DNA of 64,000 bases, taken from Octopus vulgaris (taxonomy: Eukaryota). Of the stretch, positions 12,943 to 25,649 are shown piece after piece. The DNA lies in assembly GCA_951406725.2 (NCBI GenBank), contig OX597814.1:6944001-7008000 (forward strand). The letters are read 5' to 3'. A model generated the notes under the pieces. It was given only the letters and a program-made list of their open reading frames with translations. It had not been told where the DNA came from and made no database searches. The translations under genes and the position numbers were made by a program. The first letter of the stretch is position 1, and each line of letters begins with the position of its first letter.

Positions 12943-13601
12943 AAACAGCTTAATTTAATAAGAAATAATAAGAAAGAGGAACCCCCAGAAGCTTCCCCCT
13001 ACAGCAATACTGACCTCCTCCTCCTCTTTCTAGATATTCGCTGGAGTCTCTTGCCTTTTCCTTTGCGTATCTCAAGGATCAGTACTTTCTCTCCTTTATT
13101 ATAGCCAAAGGAAATTAAAACTTGCACAAACATTATTTAATTGAGTGGAATTAAGATAAGTACCAGTCCAACTTTGAAAGTTCATCTTAAATGACAATTA
13201 TCACCGTCATCATTTAACATCCATCTTCAGTATTGACATATTTTGGCATCAAGTTTTCCAAGGATATTAACAGAGCTTCTTCCCATTCTCAGAGAAGCAA
13301 ACTTAAAGGCAACATTGCTTCAAATACATAAATAACCTACAGTAAACGAGGTTCCATTTGGTCTTTTATAGAAAACTATAATTGTTTTGTTTTTTTTGTG
13401 AGCCGCCAACACTGTTTCAGGAGCTGACATGACAAACGAGCCAAATAGACAGATTATTCTTGACTTATTAAAAACAGCAGCCAAATGTCTATCAAATTGC
13501 AGGAAGGATAATGTGGTTCCATATATACTAATGTACAATAGCTAGGAAAATTAGAAAGGTTTGTCATGGTTGGAACATCTTCAATTTATCATTAACATAA
13601 C

Positions 13602-13634
<33 letters not shown>

Positions 13635-13709
13635 GGCCATCATCATCTTTTAGCATCCACGGTTCAGTGTTAAGTTCCAGTCATTTAAAGCGAGTTTTTT
13701 TTTTTTGTT

Positions 13710-14003
13710 CCTTCTCGCGCCACGTCTGGCTCATAAGGGCCGGTTTCCCAGTTTCCTTGGTGTATAGGTTCCTCACCTGGATGGGACGCCGGTTCATTGC
13801 AAGTGAGCTGCAAGATGCAGGAGAAAGAGTGAGAGAAAGTTGTGGCGAAAGAGTCAGCAGAAGTTCGCCATTACCTTCTGCTGGAGCTGCGTGGAGCTTA
13901 GGTGTTTCGCTCATAAACACACACACATCGCCCAGTCTGAGATTTGAACCTGCGATCCCTCGACCGCGAGTCCACTGCTCTAACCACTAGGACATGTACC
14001 TCC
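13710..14003 (-). mobile_element. tRNA-headed SINE, family E head with tail Z
   Basis: Head CCTAGTGGTTAGAGCAGTGGACTCGCGGTCGAGGGATCGCAGGTTCAAATCTC; body shared with 22860 and 46240 copies. Confidence 0.85.
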
Positions 14004-14041
14004 AATATTTAAAGTGAGTGCTGATCAGTTAAAGTGAACAG

Positions 14042-14622
14042 AACTTGTGGAAACCCAGGAAGACATGGGACAAAGTATTACAAAGGAGATGACTAAAGAT
14101 CAAGATATCTGGTGCATTGCTGGACTCAAGAACACTAGTCGACCACAGCACAGAACCAATGCCAGTGTTGGTGCCACATAAAAAGCAGCCAATACACTCT
14201 ATGGAATGGTTGGCATTAGGAAAAGGTATCCAGTCATAGAAACCATGCCAGGACAGACAATGAAACATAACGTGGCCTCTGGCCTTATCAGCTCTGGTAA
14301 AACTGTCCAACCCATGCCAGCATGAAAAACAGACGTTAAATGATAACAATGACGATGTTTTATGTGCCGGTGACACGTAAAAAGCACCAACCGATCGTGG
14401 CTGCTGCCAGCCTCCCCTGGCACCTGTGCCGGTGGCACATAAAAAGCACGCGCTACACTCATGGAGTGGTTGGTGATAGGAAGGGCATCCAGCTGTAGAA
14501 ACACTGCCAAACCAGACTGGAGCCTGGTGCAGCCTTCTGGCTTCCCAGACCCCGGTCGAACCGTCCAACCCATGCTAGCATGGAAAACGGACGTTAAACG
14601 ATGATGATGATGGTGATGATGA
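14042..14622 (+). mobile_element. Two tandem RTE 3' fragments (14042-14356 with GKPRKTW-like codons; 14360-14622)
   Basis: AAACCCAGGAAGACATGGGAC encodes KPRKTWD; both end GACGTTAAA(TGA)n. Confidence 0.82.
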
Positions 14623-15190
14623 TGGGTTGGATGGCTTGACATCATCAGATGGGTCCAAGGACTGCATTGTGCTTCCCTGTCTGTTTCAGTTGGGTTTCTA
14701 CAGCTGGATGCCCTTCCTAACACCAACCACTTTAAAGTGTAACCTGAGTTTTTTTTTTTCATACCACCAGCACTAGTGGGGTCACCGTGCAGCCTGCAAG
14801 ATGACAAACCCTAAAAGAGTTGGCTTTATACTAAAAGATGAGGGGTTAAGATATGAGAGAAGGGGTCAGAGTAAGAAGTTTCTGGAGGTGCTGCACGGTT
14901 ACTCACATTTTTGAAGTGGGAGTGGAGGGGATCTGGGTGGAGCGGCAGAGATATAAAAATATTAGGGATGAAGTGTAAGAGTGGACCCTCAAGATAAGAA
15001 GTGAGTAGGAGTGAAGGGGGAAGATGAGCTAAGAGTGGGGGTGGGTAGAAATTGCCAGACTGTGTGGGAGAATGAAAGACAGGGATTTGGCTAAGGTGTA
15101 TGAATGAAAAGAATGACAGACAGAAATTGAGGGATAGATGATGTAGTGAATGGAGAATAGGGTATGACAGGGTGGAGTCCCTTGATGAAT
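14623..15190 (-). mobile_element. Diverged RTE-tail variant B2 with long pyrimidine-rich 3'UTR
   Basis: CTACAGCTGGATGCCCTTCCTAA core followed by purine-rich plus-strand tract like 26860-27317. Confidence 0.55.
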
Positions 15191-15305
15191 GGGGAGGGGC
15201 AGAGAACAGCAGGAAGCTGTTTATGCTGACTTATTAACTACACATAATGGAATGGATCAAATAATTCACCAAAGCTAGATTTATAACATTTATCATGGAC
15301 CTTTA

Positions 15306-15687
15306 TCTCTCTCTATATAAACGGCAGTTTGTCTGTGCGTTTTCTGTGTGTCTGTTTTCTCGTACCCTCACTCTGACCACGGCTTTCAACCGATTCTGAT
15401 GAAACTTGACACACACATAGCCCAATGTCATAATTCAAAACTAACGCAGCGAAAATTTTGAAAAGTTCCCCCAGTTCTGAAAAAAATCGATAAATCCGAC
15501 ATGGGGTCGAGAATTAGAAACCCAAACCACAGACCGTCTAGGGGACGCAACTCCACCTTTTTTAACTCTCAAAAAAAATTTACCATCATTTTTTTTCCAT
15601 TTTTTTGCTATTTTTTGGCTATAACTCTAAAAATGCTTTATAGTTATTTCCCTTACAAACCTGAGCAACGCCGGGCGATACTGCTAG
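15306..15687 (+). mobile_element. Non-autonomous Helitron, different 5' half, same 3' end as 4628-5421
   Basis: A|TC start, GAGCAACGCCGGGCGATACTGCTAG|T end; last ~120 bp shared with the dimer units. Confidence 0.82.
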
Positions 15688-15920
15688 TATTTTATGAAGA
15701 GAGTCGTAAGTGAAGACATGGTCGCGCGGTTAAGAGGCTAACTTTGTGAACACATGGTTGCAAGTTCGATTTCACTCACAAATGTTTAAGCACAATAAGT
15801 TTAAGCACCAACCGGTGCCTTAGGATTGGAATTGGTAGAAAGAAATTCTATGGAAGCTTGTTATGTATATGTAGGTGAGCATGTACATACATATACATAC
15901 ATATGTACATATATTTAAAT

Positions 15921-17105
15921 GGAAAAAATTTCCTGTTTTACAGAAAAAAAGGTTCAACAAAATGGTGAAACTTGAAATTTTTTCCAAAAAAATCGATGTT
16001 TTACAGACAAAGATTTAATAAAACGTTGAGCCTTCAAAAGTTAAAAAAACTAGAATAAAAAAAATAATAAAATTTTAATTGGCCTTTTGTTGCACTTTTC
16101 AAAAAAATAACAATTTTAATAATAAACTCTTCTCTTCCTCCTTTCTTTTCTTTTTCTCTCTTCTATTTTTCAATCCTTTTTCTTCATCTGGGTCATCATC
16201 CTTTTCCCCTGACCTTCTCTCTTTCATGCTTCTTCTTCCCCTCTTCTCCTTTTCCTTTTCTCTTCTTCATTCACCTCCTTCCAACTTTCATCTTTGAATA
16301 GCTCATTAGCCGTCTTCCTGGACCTACCTTCGTTTCACGTTTCTCCTCCCTTCCTTTTTCTCTTCTCTCTTCCATTCCATTATCCATCGCCTTCCGTCCT
16401 TAATCCCCACCAAATGCTTCTACTTGTTCTTGTATAGTTAATCTTCATTTATTAATAAAAAGGGATTGAAGTGGTGATATTCCCCCCTTTAAAAATAAGA
16501 TGTGTTTGCTAATGAGACGAGCATTTTAAAAAATGCAACAAAATGCCAATTAAATTTTCATTTCTTCGATTCTAGTTTCTAACTTTTGAAGGCTCAACAT
16601 CTTATTAAACCTTTTTCTGTAGAGCGCAGGAGTGGCTGTGTGGTAAGTAGCTTGCTAACCAACCACATGGTTCCGGGTTCAGTCCCACTGCGTGGCATCT
16701 TGGGCAAGTGTCTTCTGCTATAGCCCCGGGCCGACCAATGCCTTGTGAGTGGATTTGGTAGACGGAAACTGAAAGAAGCCTGTCGTATATATGTATATAT
16801 GTATATGTGTGTGTCTGTGTTTGTCCCCCTAGCATTGCTTGACAACTGATGCTGGTGTGTTTACGTCCCCGTCACTTAGCGGTTCGGCAAAAAGAGACCG
16901 ATAGAATAAGCACTGGGCTTACAAAGAATAAGTCCCGGGGTCGATTTGTTCGACTAAAGGCGGTGCTCCAGCAAGGCCGCAGTCAAAATGACTGAAACAA
17001 GTAAAAGAGTAAAGAGAGAGAGAGCAATGTTTTTTTTTTCTAAAAAGAATTTAAAGTTTCAACATTTTGTTGAACTCTTTTTCTGTAAAACAGGAAATAT
17101 TTTCC
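15921..17105. mobile_element. Long-TIR foldback/MITE-like element; right arm interrupted by a SINE
   Basis: 15921-16110 is an imperfect reverse complement of 16520-16621 joined to 17022-17105 (e.g. GTTGAGCCTTCAAAAGTT / AACTTTTGAAGGCTCAAC); GG...CC termini. Confidence 0.7.
16624..17020 (+). mobile_element. SINE family A, full length
   Basis: Near-identical to the 20259 and 33836 copies. Confidence 0.93.
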
Positions 17106-17176
17106 TCCAAATTTCTTGTTTTTTAAGATTATATCATTTATTATTTAGAAAAAAAAAAAAGAAAAGATTTTTTTTT

Positions 17177-17394
17177 GTGGCCGTTGCCAGTACTGCCTGA
17201 CTGGCCCTTGTGCCGGTGGCATGCAAAAGCACCTACTACACTCTCGGAGTGGTTGGCATTAGGAAGGGCATCCAGCTGTAGAAACTTTGTCAGATCAAGA
17301 TTGGAGCCTGGTGCAGCCATTTGGCTCACCAGCTCTCAGTCAAAATCGTCCAACCCATGCTAGCATGGAAAGCGGATGTTAAACGATGATGATG
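17177..17394 (+). mobile_element. RTE 3'-tail copy (family B)
   Basis: Shared 3'UTR and (GAT)n end. Confidence 0.85.
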
Positions 17395-17823
17395 ACTATC
17401 ATTCAGGTACCATTACAAGAAATGATTTTAGTGTCACTAATAGTATTCCATTTGTCAATATAATTTTTTACAATGCAAACATAATGCCCAAAATCAACGT
17501 TTTGTAATTTATGCATAATAGCAGCTCTGAATTTGAAATATGTGCCAAAAATATTTTGTTTTTTGGGGGGGTTTTTTTGTATTAAAATTCACAATTTCAG
17601 CAGTAATTTGCCTGGCATTATTATTTTCAAACATAAATCAATTTATACTGACGCACAGATATTTCATATTGTTAGAGAAAATTCTATTGACTTCTTCAAA
17701 GTGCTCAGTATTTCTTTGGCACTCATTGCAATATTTTAGACAAATCTGATTCTTCCTCAGCTTGCAGACCTACAGTCAAAGATGTTTCAGCTGGTCTGGC
17801 CATTCTCTGTTTCTGATGCAGTA

Positions 17824-18283
17824 CATCTATGGCATTTGCCATATCCTGAACGCCTTACTTCCCTGGGCATGGACACATTGAAACTCCGACGTCTGGCAGC
17901 TGACTTGGCAGACACCCATAAAATTATCAACCATCGCACAAACAATAACTCTGAGCACCTCTTCAAACTCCACCCATCTAACACCCGTGGACATATTTAC
18001 AAAGTCAGAAAACAGCACAGCTCCCATGACTTCAGGAAACATTTTTTCACGCTGAGTGTTGCTGAAGCGTGGAACAAACTGCCGGCATCGGTTGTTAGTT
18101 GTCGGAGCACTGCATCCTTCAAGACTTCCATGCTTCCTGAGATTCGCCAACACTACACTTGATTTTCTCCCCTCCATACACACACAAGCATGTTCACTTT
18201 CCAGACATTTCTACATTACTGCATGTACTTTATATGCACTTTCTGACAAGTTGTGGTGCACCTGAGCACTGTATACAATAATT

Positions 18284-18337
<54 letters not shown>
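17824..18337 (+). mobile_element. CR1-type LINE 3' fragment with (TTA)n tail
   Basis: HLPYPERLTSLGMDTLKLRR...TRGH..KVRKQHSSHDFRKHFF matches the C-terminus of ORF 40763..42469; same 3'UTR motif GTGCACCTGAGCACTGTA. Confidence 0.9.
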
Positions 18338-18338
<1 letters not shown>

Positions 18339-18615
18339 CTAGAAATACATCATCAAATGCATCTTTTCTAAGAGACAGTAGAAGGGATTTGAGGGCAATA
18401 TGGCTGCTATTTCTAGCAAGTTGCATGACCATTTTATCTCACATAATAACACCTGTACCTCTCTCCATTTACATTATTCAGGTTACCTTTGAGACCCGTG
18501 AAAAGGAAGCAAAGTTCTAATTTTTTGAATTAAAGAGAATTCAGACATGGCGTTGATTAAATTTGACCTGGCAGGGATCACCCGAAAGAAGAGACATGAC
18601 ATAACCAGAGAGAAG

Positions 18616-18829
18616 GCAGCGAGCTGGCAGAAACATTAGCACACCGGGTGGAATGCTTTATGTTCTGAGTTCAAATTCCGCCAAGGTCGACTTTGCCTTT
18701 CATCCTTTCTAGGTCGATAAATAAAGTACCAGTTGCACACTGGGGTCGATATAATCGACTTAATCCCTTTGTCTGTCCTTGTTTGTATCCTCTGTGTTTG
18801 GCCCCTTGTGGGCAGTAAAGAAATAAGGA
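18616..18829 (+). mobile_element. SINE family D monomer with 13-bp TSD
   Basis: AACCAGAGAGAAG at 18603-18615 and 18830-18842. Confidence 0.88.
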
Positions 18830-19083
18830 AACCAGAGAGAAGACATGATGACTCAGTGGGAAGTTTAACCTCTCTAGTGTTGTGAGGTAGAGAAGAATAG
18901 GCAGACTGGACAGGAGAGAAAGAGGAGTAGAGGAAGTGTAAGAGAGGAAGGGGGGAAAGTTACTGCAGTAGGAGGAGGAGGAAGAGTGTAAGAGAGGAAG
19001 GGGGGAAAGTTACTGCAGTAGGAGGAGGAGGAAGAGTGTAAGAGGGAAATGCAAATGGAAAGAGAGAGAAAGATAGATAGAGA

Positions 19084-19121
<38 letters not shown>

Positions 19122-19394
19122 ACAAACAGACAGAAAGATAGATATAGAGAGAGGAGAGGGGACTCATAGACAGACTGGAGGATTGGAGAGAGAACTGATA
19201 GAAAGAGAAGGAGAATAAGTTGAAAAGAGAGTAAAGAAACATAGAAAGATGAAGAGTGGGAGAGTGAAAAGTAAACAGAAGAGCAAAGACAGAGAGAGAG
19301 AGAAATAGAAAGATAGATATATAGAGAGGGGATGACTGACAGAAAGGGGAGGAGAATAAGTGGGAGAGAATGTAAATAAACAAAGAAAGAAGAA

Positions 19395-20155
19395 GAGTGG
19401 GAGAGGAGAGGATGAGTGGGAGAGGAGAGGATGAGTGGGAGAGGAGAGGATGAGTGGGAGAGGAGAGGATGAGTGGGAGAGGAGAGGATGAGTGGGAGAG
19501 GAGAGGATGAGCGAGAGAGGAGAGGATGAGCGAGAGAGGAGAGGATGAGTGAGAGAGGAGAGGATGAGTGGGAGAGGAGAGGATGAGTGGGAGAGGAGAG
19601 GATGAGTGGGAGAGGAGAGGATGAGTGGGAGAGGAGAGGATGAGTGGGAGAGGAGAGGATGAGTGGGAGAGTAGAGGATGAGTGAGAGAGGAGAGGATGA
19701 GTGGGAGAGGAGAGGATGAGTGGGAGAGGAGAGGATGAGTGAGAGAAGAGAGGATGAGTGGGAGAGGAGAGGATGAGTGAGAGAGGAGAGGATGAGTGGG
19801 AGAGGAGAGGATGAGTGGGAGAGGAGAGGATGAGTGGGAGAAGAGAGGATGAGTGGGAGAGGAGAGGATGAGTGGGAGAGGAGAGGATGAGTGGGAGAGG
19901 AGAGGATGAGTGGGAGAGGAGAGGATGAGTGGGAGAGGAGAGGATGAGTGGGAGAGTAGAGGATGAGTGAGAGAGGAGAGGATGAGTGGGAGAGGAGAGG
20001 ATGAGTGGGAGAGGAGAGGATGAGTGAGAGAGGAGAGGATGAGTGGGAGAGGAGAGGATGAGTGGGAGAAGAGAGGATGAGTGGGAGAGGAGAGGATGAG
20101 TGAGAGAGGAGAGGATGAGTGAGAGAGGAGAGGATGAGTGACAGAGGATGAGTGA
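19395..20155. repeat. 19-bp purine-rich minisatellite (GATGAGTGGGAGAGGAGAG)n, about 40 copies
   Basis: Period of 19 visible (19411, 19430, ...). Confidence 0.95.
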
Positions 20156-20258
20156 GAGTAAAAAAGGGAGCTGAGTGAAATGTGAATATGAAGAGGTTGT
20201 TGAGTGAATAAGGTTAAAAATATTTTATTATTGTTATAATTATTAATTATTAATTATA

Positions 20259-20670
20259 GGCGCAGGAGTGGCTGTGTGGTAAGTAGCTTGCTTACCAACC
20301 ACATGGTCCCGGGTTCAGTCCCACTGCACGGCATCTTGGGCAAGTGTCTTCTGCTATAGCCCCGGGCCGACCAATGCCTTGTGAGTGGATTTGGTAGACG
20401 GAAACTGAAAGAAGCCTGTCGTATCTATGTATATATATATGTATATGTATGTGTGTGTGTTTGTGTGTCTGTGTTTGTCCCCCCCAACATCGCTTGACAA
20501 TCGATGCTGGTGTGCTTACGTCCCCGTCACTTAGTGGTTCGGCAAAAAGAGATCGATAGAATAAGTACTGGGCTTACAATGAATAAGTCCCGGGGTCGAG
20601 TTGCTCGACTAAAGGCAGTGCTCCAACATGGCCGCAGTCAAATGACTGAAACAAGTAAAAGAGTAAAAGT
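20259..20670 (+). mobile_element. SINE family A, full length
   Basis: A/B boxes, CORE-like segment, tail. Confidence 0.93.
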
Positions 20671-20710
20671 ATTAAGCTGTAAAACTTTATCTGAAATAAA
20701 GATTATAAAA

Positions 20711-21039
20711 TAATGGAAATTTTAACATAAAGTATGTACAATTTTAACGAAGTTTAAGAAAGTTAATGGAAATTTTAACATAAAGTATATACAATTTTAA
20801 CCAAGTTTAAGAAAGTTAATGGAAATTTTAACATAAAGTATATACAATTTTAACCAAGTTTAAGAAAGTTAATGGAAATTTTAACATAAAGTATATACAA
20901 TTTTAACCAAGTTTAAGAAAGTTAATGGAAATTTTAACATAAAGTATATACAATTTTAACCAAGTTTAAGAAAGTTAATGGAAATTTTAACATAAAGTAT
21001 ATACAATTTTAACCAAGTTTAAGAAAGTTAATGGAAATT
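20711..21039. repeat. 53-bp AT-rich tandem repeat, about 6 near-perfect copies
   Basis: TAATGGAAATTTTAACATAAAGTATATACAATTTTAACCAAGTTTAAGAAAGT. Confidence 0.95.
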
Positions 21040-21086
21040 AAAGAATTAAAAAGTTCGATATTTTTAAAGTGTGGTGAGGTTACAGA

Positions 21087-21330
21087 ATCATGCAATTAAC
21101 ATGCAAGTGGCTGAGTACTCCACAGACATGTGTACTCTTAACGTAGTCCTCAGAGATATTTAGTGTGACACAGAATGTGACAAAGTCTTTATAGGTACAA
21201 CTCCTTTTTGCCAGCTGAGTGGACTGGAGTAACGGGAAGTAAAGTGTCTTGCTCAAGGACAAAATGCATTGTGGGGAATTGAACTCACAATGATAAGACT
21301 GTGTGCCAAATACCCTAACCCCTAAGCCAC
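21087..21330 (-). mobile_element. tRNA-headed SINE, head F with tail X
   Basis: GGTTAGGGTATTTGG..GAGTTCAATTCC..GTCCTTGAGCAAGACACTTTAC; tail CTACGTTAAGAGTACACATGTCTGTGGAGTACTCAGCCACTT shared with the 22860 copy. Confidence 0.72.
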
Positions 21331-21339
21331 ACATCAAAC

Positions 21340-21999
21340 CCACACACACATCAAGCACACATATACAGTCACAGATATGTACACACACACACACACACAT
21401 CAAGCACACAAACACAGTCACAGATATGTACACACACACACACACACACACACATCAAGCACACATACACAGTCACAGATATGTACACACACACACATCA
21501 AGCACACATACACACACACATCAAGCACACATACACAGTCACAGATATGTACACACACAGACACACACACACACACATCAAGCACACATACACAGTCACA
21601 GATATGTACACACACACACATAATAACACATACACAGTCACAGATATGTACACACACACACACACATCAAGCACACATACACAATCACAGATATGTACAC
21701 ACACACTCACACACACACATATACACACACATCAAGCACACATACACAGTCACAGATATGTACACACACACATCAAGCACACAAACACAGTCACAGATAT
21801 GTACACACACACACTCAAACACACACACATATACACACACATCAAGCACACAAACACAGTCACAGATATGTACACACACACACTCATACACACACACATA
21901 TACACACACATCAAGCACACATACACAGTCACAGATATGTACACACACACACACACACACGCACACACATCAAGCACACATACACAGTCACAGATATGT

Positions 22000-22025
<26 letters not shown>
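21340..22025. repeat. Minisatellite: constant CATCAAGCACACATACACAGTCACAGATATGTA core with variable (CA)n linkers
   Basis: More than ten cores visible. Confidence 0.92.
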
Positions 22026-22030
<5 letters not shown>

Positions 22031-22633
22031 AATAGAAGTTTTACCAAGAAACCTTGCTCTAAAGACTATATTCCAGTGCTGTGCCACTAATCCTGTAGAG
22101 GACATTCCATGAGTGATTCATAAACAGTCATTAAGTTATTGATTGTGTAAACTAATTAAAACTAAATATATAACTTGATTAATACAGAGCTTTTGCCACA
22201 TACAAAGGGAAACTAAGTTAAGAGGTAGATTCTGTTGAAGTCCCTTTCATGTTGTTGGAAGCTTTCATAGTTTCCAATTAATGAAACCAAATAATTGGAG
22301 ATAAGGTAGCACTTTGTGAAATAGATTTTTTAGAGAAAATAATATTTCAGTAAAGAAATAATATTGAAACAGGAATCACTTCCGAAAACATCAATAATGT
22401 AATTAATATCATTGAAAAGATGCTATTTAACTCCAGTTTAGTTCTCATCAAACGGACTTACTAACTAAAACGAGATGTCTCATTATTTGCAATGATTCCG
22501 ATTTTAATTAAATGGATTCATTAAAGTTGAGGTACCTTTTTTTTTATCATTTATCGTTGCCTGGATTCTTTCATAGCGATATTAATAACTATATATAATA
22601 AGTATGTGATATTCATATATCTGGCTACCTATC

Positions 22634-22664
<31 letters not shown>

Positions 22665-22799
22665 GTGTGTGTGTGTGATTGTGAGTGTGTGAATAGAGAC
22701 ACTTTTAACTTTGAAGTTTCACCAGGTATAGAGCTTTTTCAAACTTTCTGAATAAACCATACATTTAATACGAATCTTCAAAGTTAGTAAAAGTATTAT

Positions 22800-22857
<58 letters not shown>

Positions 22858-22859
22858 GC

Positions 22860-23205
22860 GGAGACGCAATGGCCCAGTGGTTAGGGCAGCGGACTCGCAG
22901 TTTCGATTCCCAGTGAGTGTTTATTGAGCGAAAACACCTAAAGCTCCACGAGGCTCCGGCAGGGGATGGTGGTGATCCCTGCTGTACTCTTTCACCACAA
23001 CTTTCTCTCACTCTTACTTCCTGTTTCTGTTGTACCTGTATTTCAAAGGGCCGGCCGTCACGCTGAATATCCCCGAGAACTACGTTAAGGGTACACGTGT
23101 CTGTGGAGTGCTCAGCCACTTACACGTTAATTTCACGAGCAGGCTGTTCCGTTGATTCGGATCAATCGGAACCCTCGTCGTCGTAACCGACGGAGTGCTT
23201 CCAAT
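22860..23205 (+). mobile_element. tRNA-headed SINE, family E head with tail X
   Basis: TGGCCCAGTGGTTAGGGCAGCGGACTCGC..GTTTCGATTCCC; body GAGCGAAAACACCTAAAGCTCCACG. Confidence 0.88.
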
Positions 23206-23236
23206 CCACATATTTATATATATATATTTATATATG

Positions 23237-23275
<39 letters not shown>

Positions 23276-23427
23276 CAAACCCATATCAGTATTTAACTCA
23301 TGCCAGCATGGAGAATGGATGATGATGATGATGGTGGTGGTGATGGTGGTGGTGGTGGTGGTGGTGGTGGTAGTAGTGGTGATGGTTAGGATGATGATGA
23401 TGATGATGGGGATGATGATTCCCTCTC

Positions 23428-23698
23428 TGGCCTAGTGGTTAAGGTGTTGCACTCTCAACAGCTAGATCATGGGTTCAATTCCCCAGAGTGGGTGGTGCAT
23501 TGCATTCTTGGGCAACATACTTCATTCAACTTTGCCACTGTCCCAGCTGTAAACAGGTAACCCTGCCATAAAATAGTCTTCGGATCAGGAGGGAATGTTG
23601 GCCGGTTCGCCTGTGGGATGGCATCATTCAAAAGCTAAAACAATGCAAAGTGCATTGTGGCCAGTGATGTATAACAACATCGAATAGTCATGTGATAT
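23428..23698 (+). mobile_element. tRNA-headed SINE, F-like head with tail Y
   Basis: TGGCCTAGTGGTTAAGG..GGGTTCAATTCC..TTCTTGGGCAACATACTT; tail GCTAAAACAATGCAAAGTGCATTGTGGCCAG shared with the 46240 copy. Confidence 0.68.
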
Positions 23699-23923
23699 AG
23701 ATATTATCATTATTACTTAAAACAGTTTGATTTGGCCTCATGTGGCTCCATGTTTCATAGGTGCCTTACAGAAACCTACCATGTTAGGTTCAGTTAACCA
23801 AATGAAGAAATGCAGAAAGTCCAAGATGCTGACTGGAAACTGAGCTGCTATTGGACAAGGACACAGTGTTTTGATAGAAGTGAGATCAGCATTCCAGTGA
23901 GACCAGATGCATTAAAAAGCAGA

Positions 23924-23966
<43 letters not shown>

Positions 23967-23968
23967 CA

Positions 23969-24811
23969 CAAGGTGCGATGAGTAAATTGTCGCCATTCTA
24001 TATTTTTAATTTCATACATCATTTGTTTTTTTGATTTTGTCGACTACACAGTATTGTAGGGTCAGTTGGGCACCATCTGTGAGAAAAACAGCACCATGAC
24101 ACAATTCACTGCACCAGAAATTTTGGAAACGACATGCTGTATTGCTTGTCATTCATGCTGGAAGCTCCAATACGAACATTTCAGAGTGTTTGGGTGTCAA
24201 TCTGAGGACATGTACCGAGAGTGATAAAAATCAAACGTCCAGTCGACATCATGGTGCTTGGAGTGATCTCTAGTGATGGCATCGTTATGCCTCCATTCAT
24301 CTTCCCACATGGCCTCAGGCACAACATGGAAGCCTACATTACGTGTCTTGAAGAGGTAGTGCTGCCCTGGGTCAAGAGGGTGCAGGACTCTGCACTATGC
24401 CACCCAAGCAGGAGAACCCAGTCATGGCTGTCAGACAATTTCTGCAACCACACCACCCCTAATATCTGGCCACCTAACTCCCCAGACTGCCATCCCCTTG
24501 ATTATTATGAGTGTAGCGCAGCTGAGTGAGAGACCAACAAAGCTCCTTGTCACACCAAAGATGAACTGAAGGCAAGGATTATGGCAGCATTCACCAACTT
24601 AGACAAGGAGACCATCCAGAAGAATTGCAGGATATTCTGAAGTCACCTGGAGGCTGCGGTTAAAGCCAATGGCGATTTTATTGAAAAAATTTACTTTTTA
24701 GAATTTCAAGATAGTTTTATATAATTTTGGTAAATATATCTGTTAAAATGAGATGTCAGTGTTGTTTTCATTTTTGCGTAATTTAGACAAAAGTTTATTC
24801 ACCGCACCCTG
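23969..24811 (+). mobile_element. Internally deleted maT (DD37D) transposon with TIRs
   Basis: TIRs CAAGGTGCGATGAGTAAA / TTTATTCACCGCACCCTG|TA; ORF 24221..24529 has QD-x37-D ending WPPNSPDCHPLDY (37 residues counted). Confidence 0.88.
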
Positions 24812-25478
24812 TAGTTATATATATATATATATATATATATATAATCAAAATAAGCAATAAATATATCCAAGGTAGAGTAGTACAATTGTTTCATGCTACT
24901 TCATTTTATTAAACACTGTATTACATCAGTTTTAAAATGTTGAGCAATCTTCAGTCACTTATTGCAAAAAATTCTGTATATCTAGAGAAATTACTTGGTT
25001 CATCTTGATTACCTCCCTTCCATTACTTTTTAATATATCATATTGACTCCTGATATATATATAAATATATATATAAGAGGGTATTGTAGTTTGCTGGAAG
25101 CATTGTGAATTGTTTGTGAAATGTAATTTGTCTCGAATGGCACAACAGTGCACAGTGGACTATAATAACTGTTAGAAATAATTGAATTCTTCATAGTCTA
25201 ATATAGTATTTCGAAATATATAAAATTCCTTCTTCAGATGTTGCTAGGAATTAATGGAGTCACGGTTTTCCAACAGTTACGGAAATTTGTCTGAAGTGTC
25301 TCTGCAGCAGTCTCACGAAGATCCTTCTGGAATTCCTCATGAGAAGTGCATGAGGGTGGTCACATCTCGAGCTCGTGTGTATCGGAAGTGCTGCTTCTAA
25401 GTTATGTATTATATGTGCATATTTTTTTTTTTTACATGAGAATGTTACCATTGTGTGTGCAGGGTGTTGGTGCATCGC

Positions 25479-25620
25479 GGGCATGGCTGTGTGGTTCGGG
25501 AGCTTGCTTCCTAGCTACATGGTTTCGGGTTCAGTCCCACTGCGTGGCACTTTGGGTAGGTGTCTTCCACTATAGCCCCGAGCCGACCTGAGCTTTGTGA
25601 TTGAATTCGGTAGGTGGAAG
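25479..25620 (+). mobile_element. SINE family A, diverged 5' half
   Basis: GGCTGTGTGG..GGGTTCAGTCCCACTGCGTGGCAC. Confidence 0.8.
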
Positions 25621-25649
25621 TTACTGCCATGTGTGTATGTGTGCGTATA

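Noticed and set aside
21340-22025. Constant repeat with variable spacer pattern
   Set aside because: The spacers are only (CA)n length variants; ordinary minisatellite
22860-22915. tRNA gene candidates at SINE heads
   Set aside because: A and B boxes are present but there is no complete cloverleaf, and each continues into a multi-copy SINE body
25151-25160. CACAGTG Transib/RSS-like heptamer
   Set aside because: No matching opposite end, nonamer or transposase remnant found
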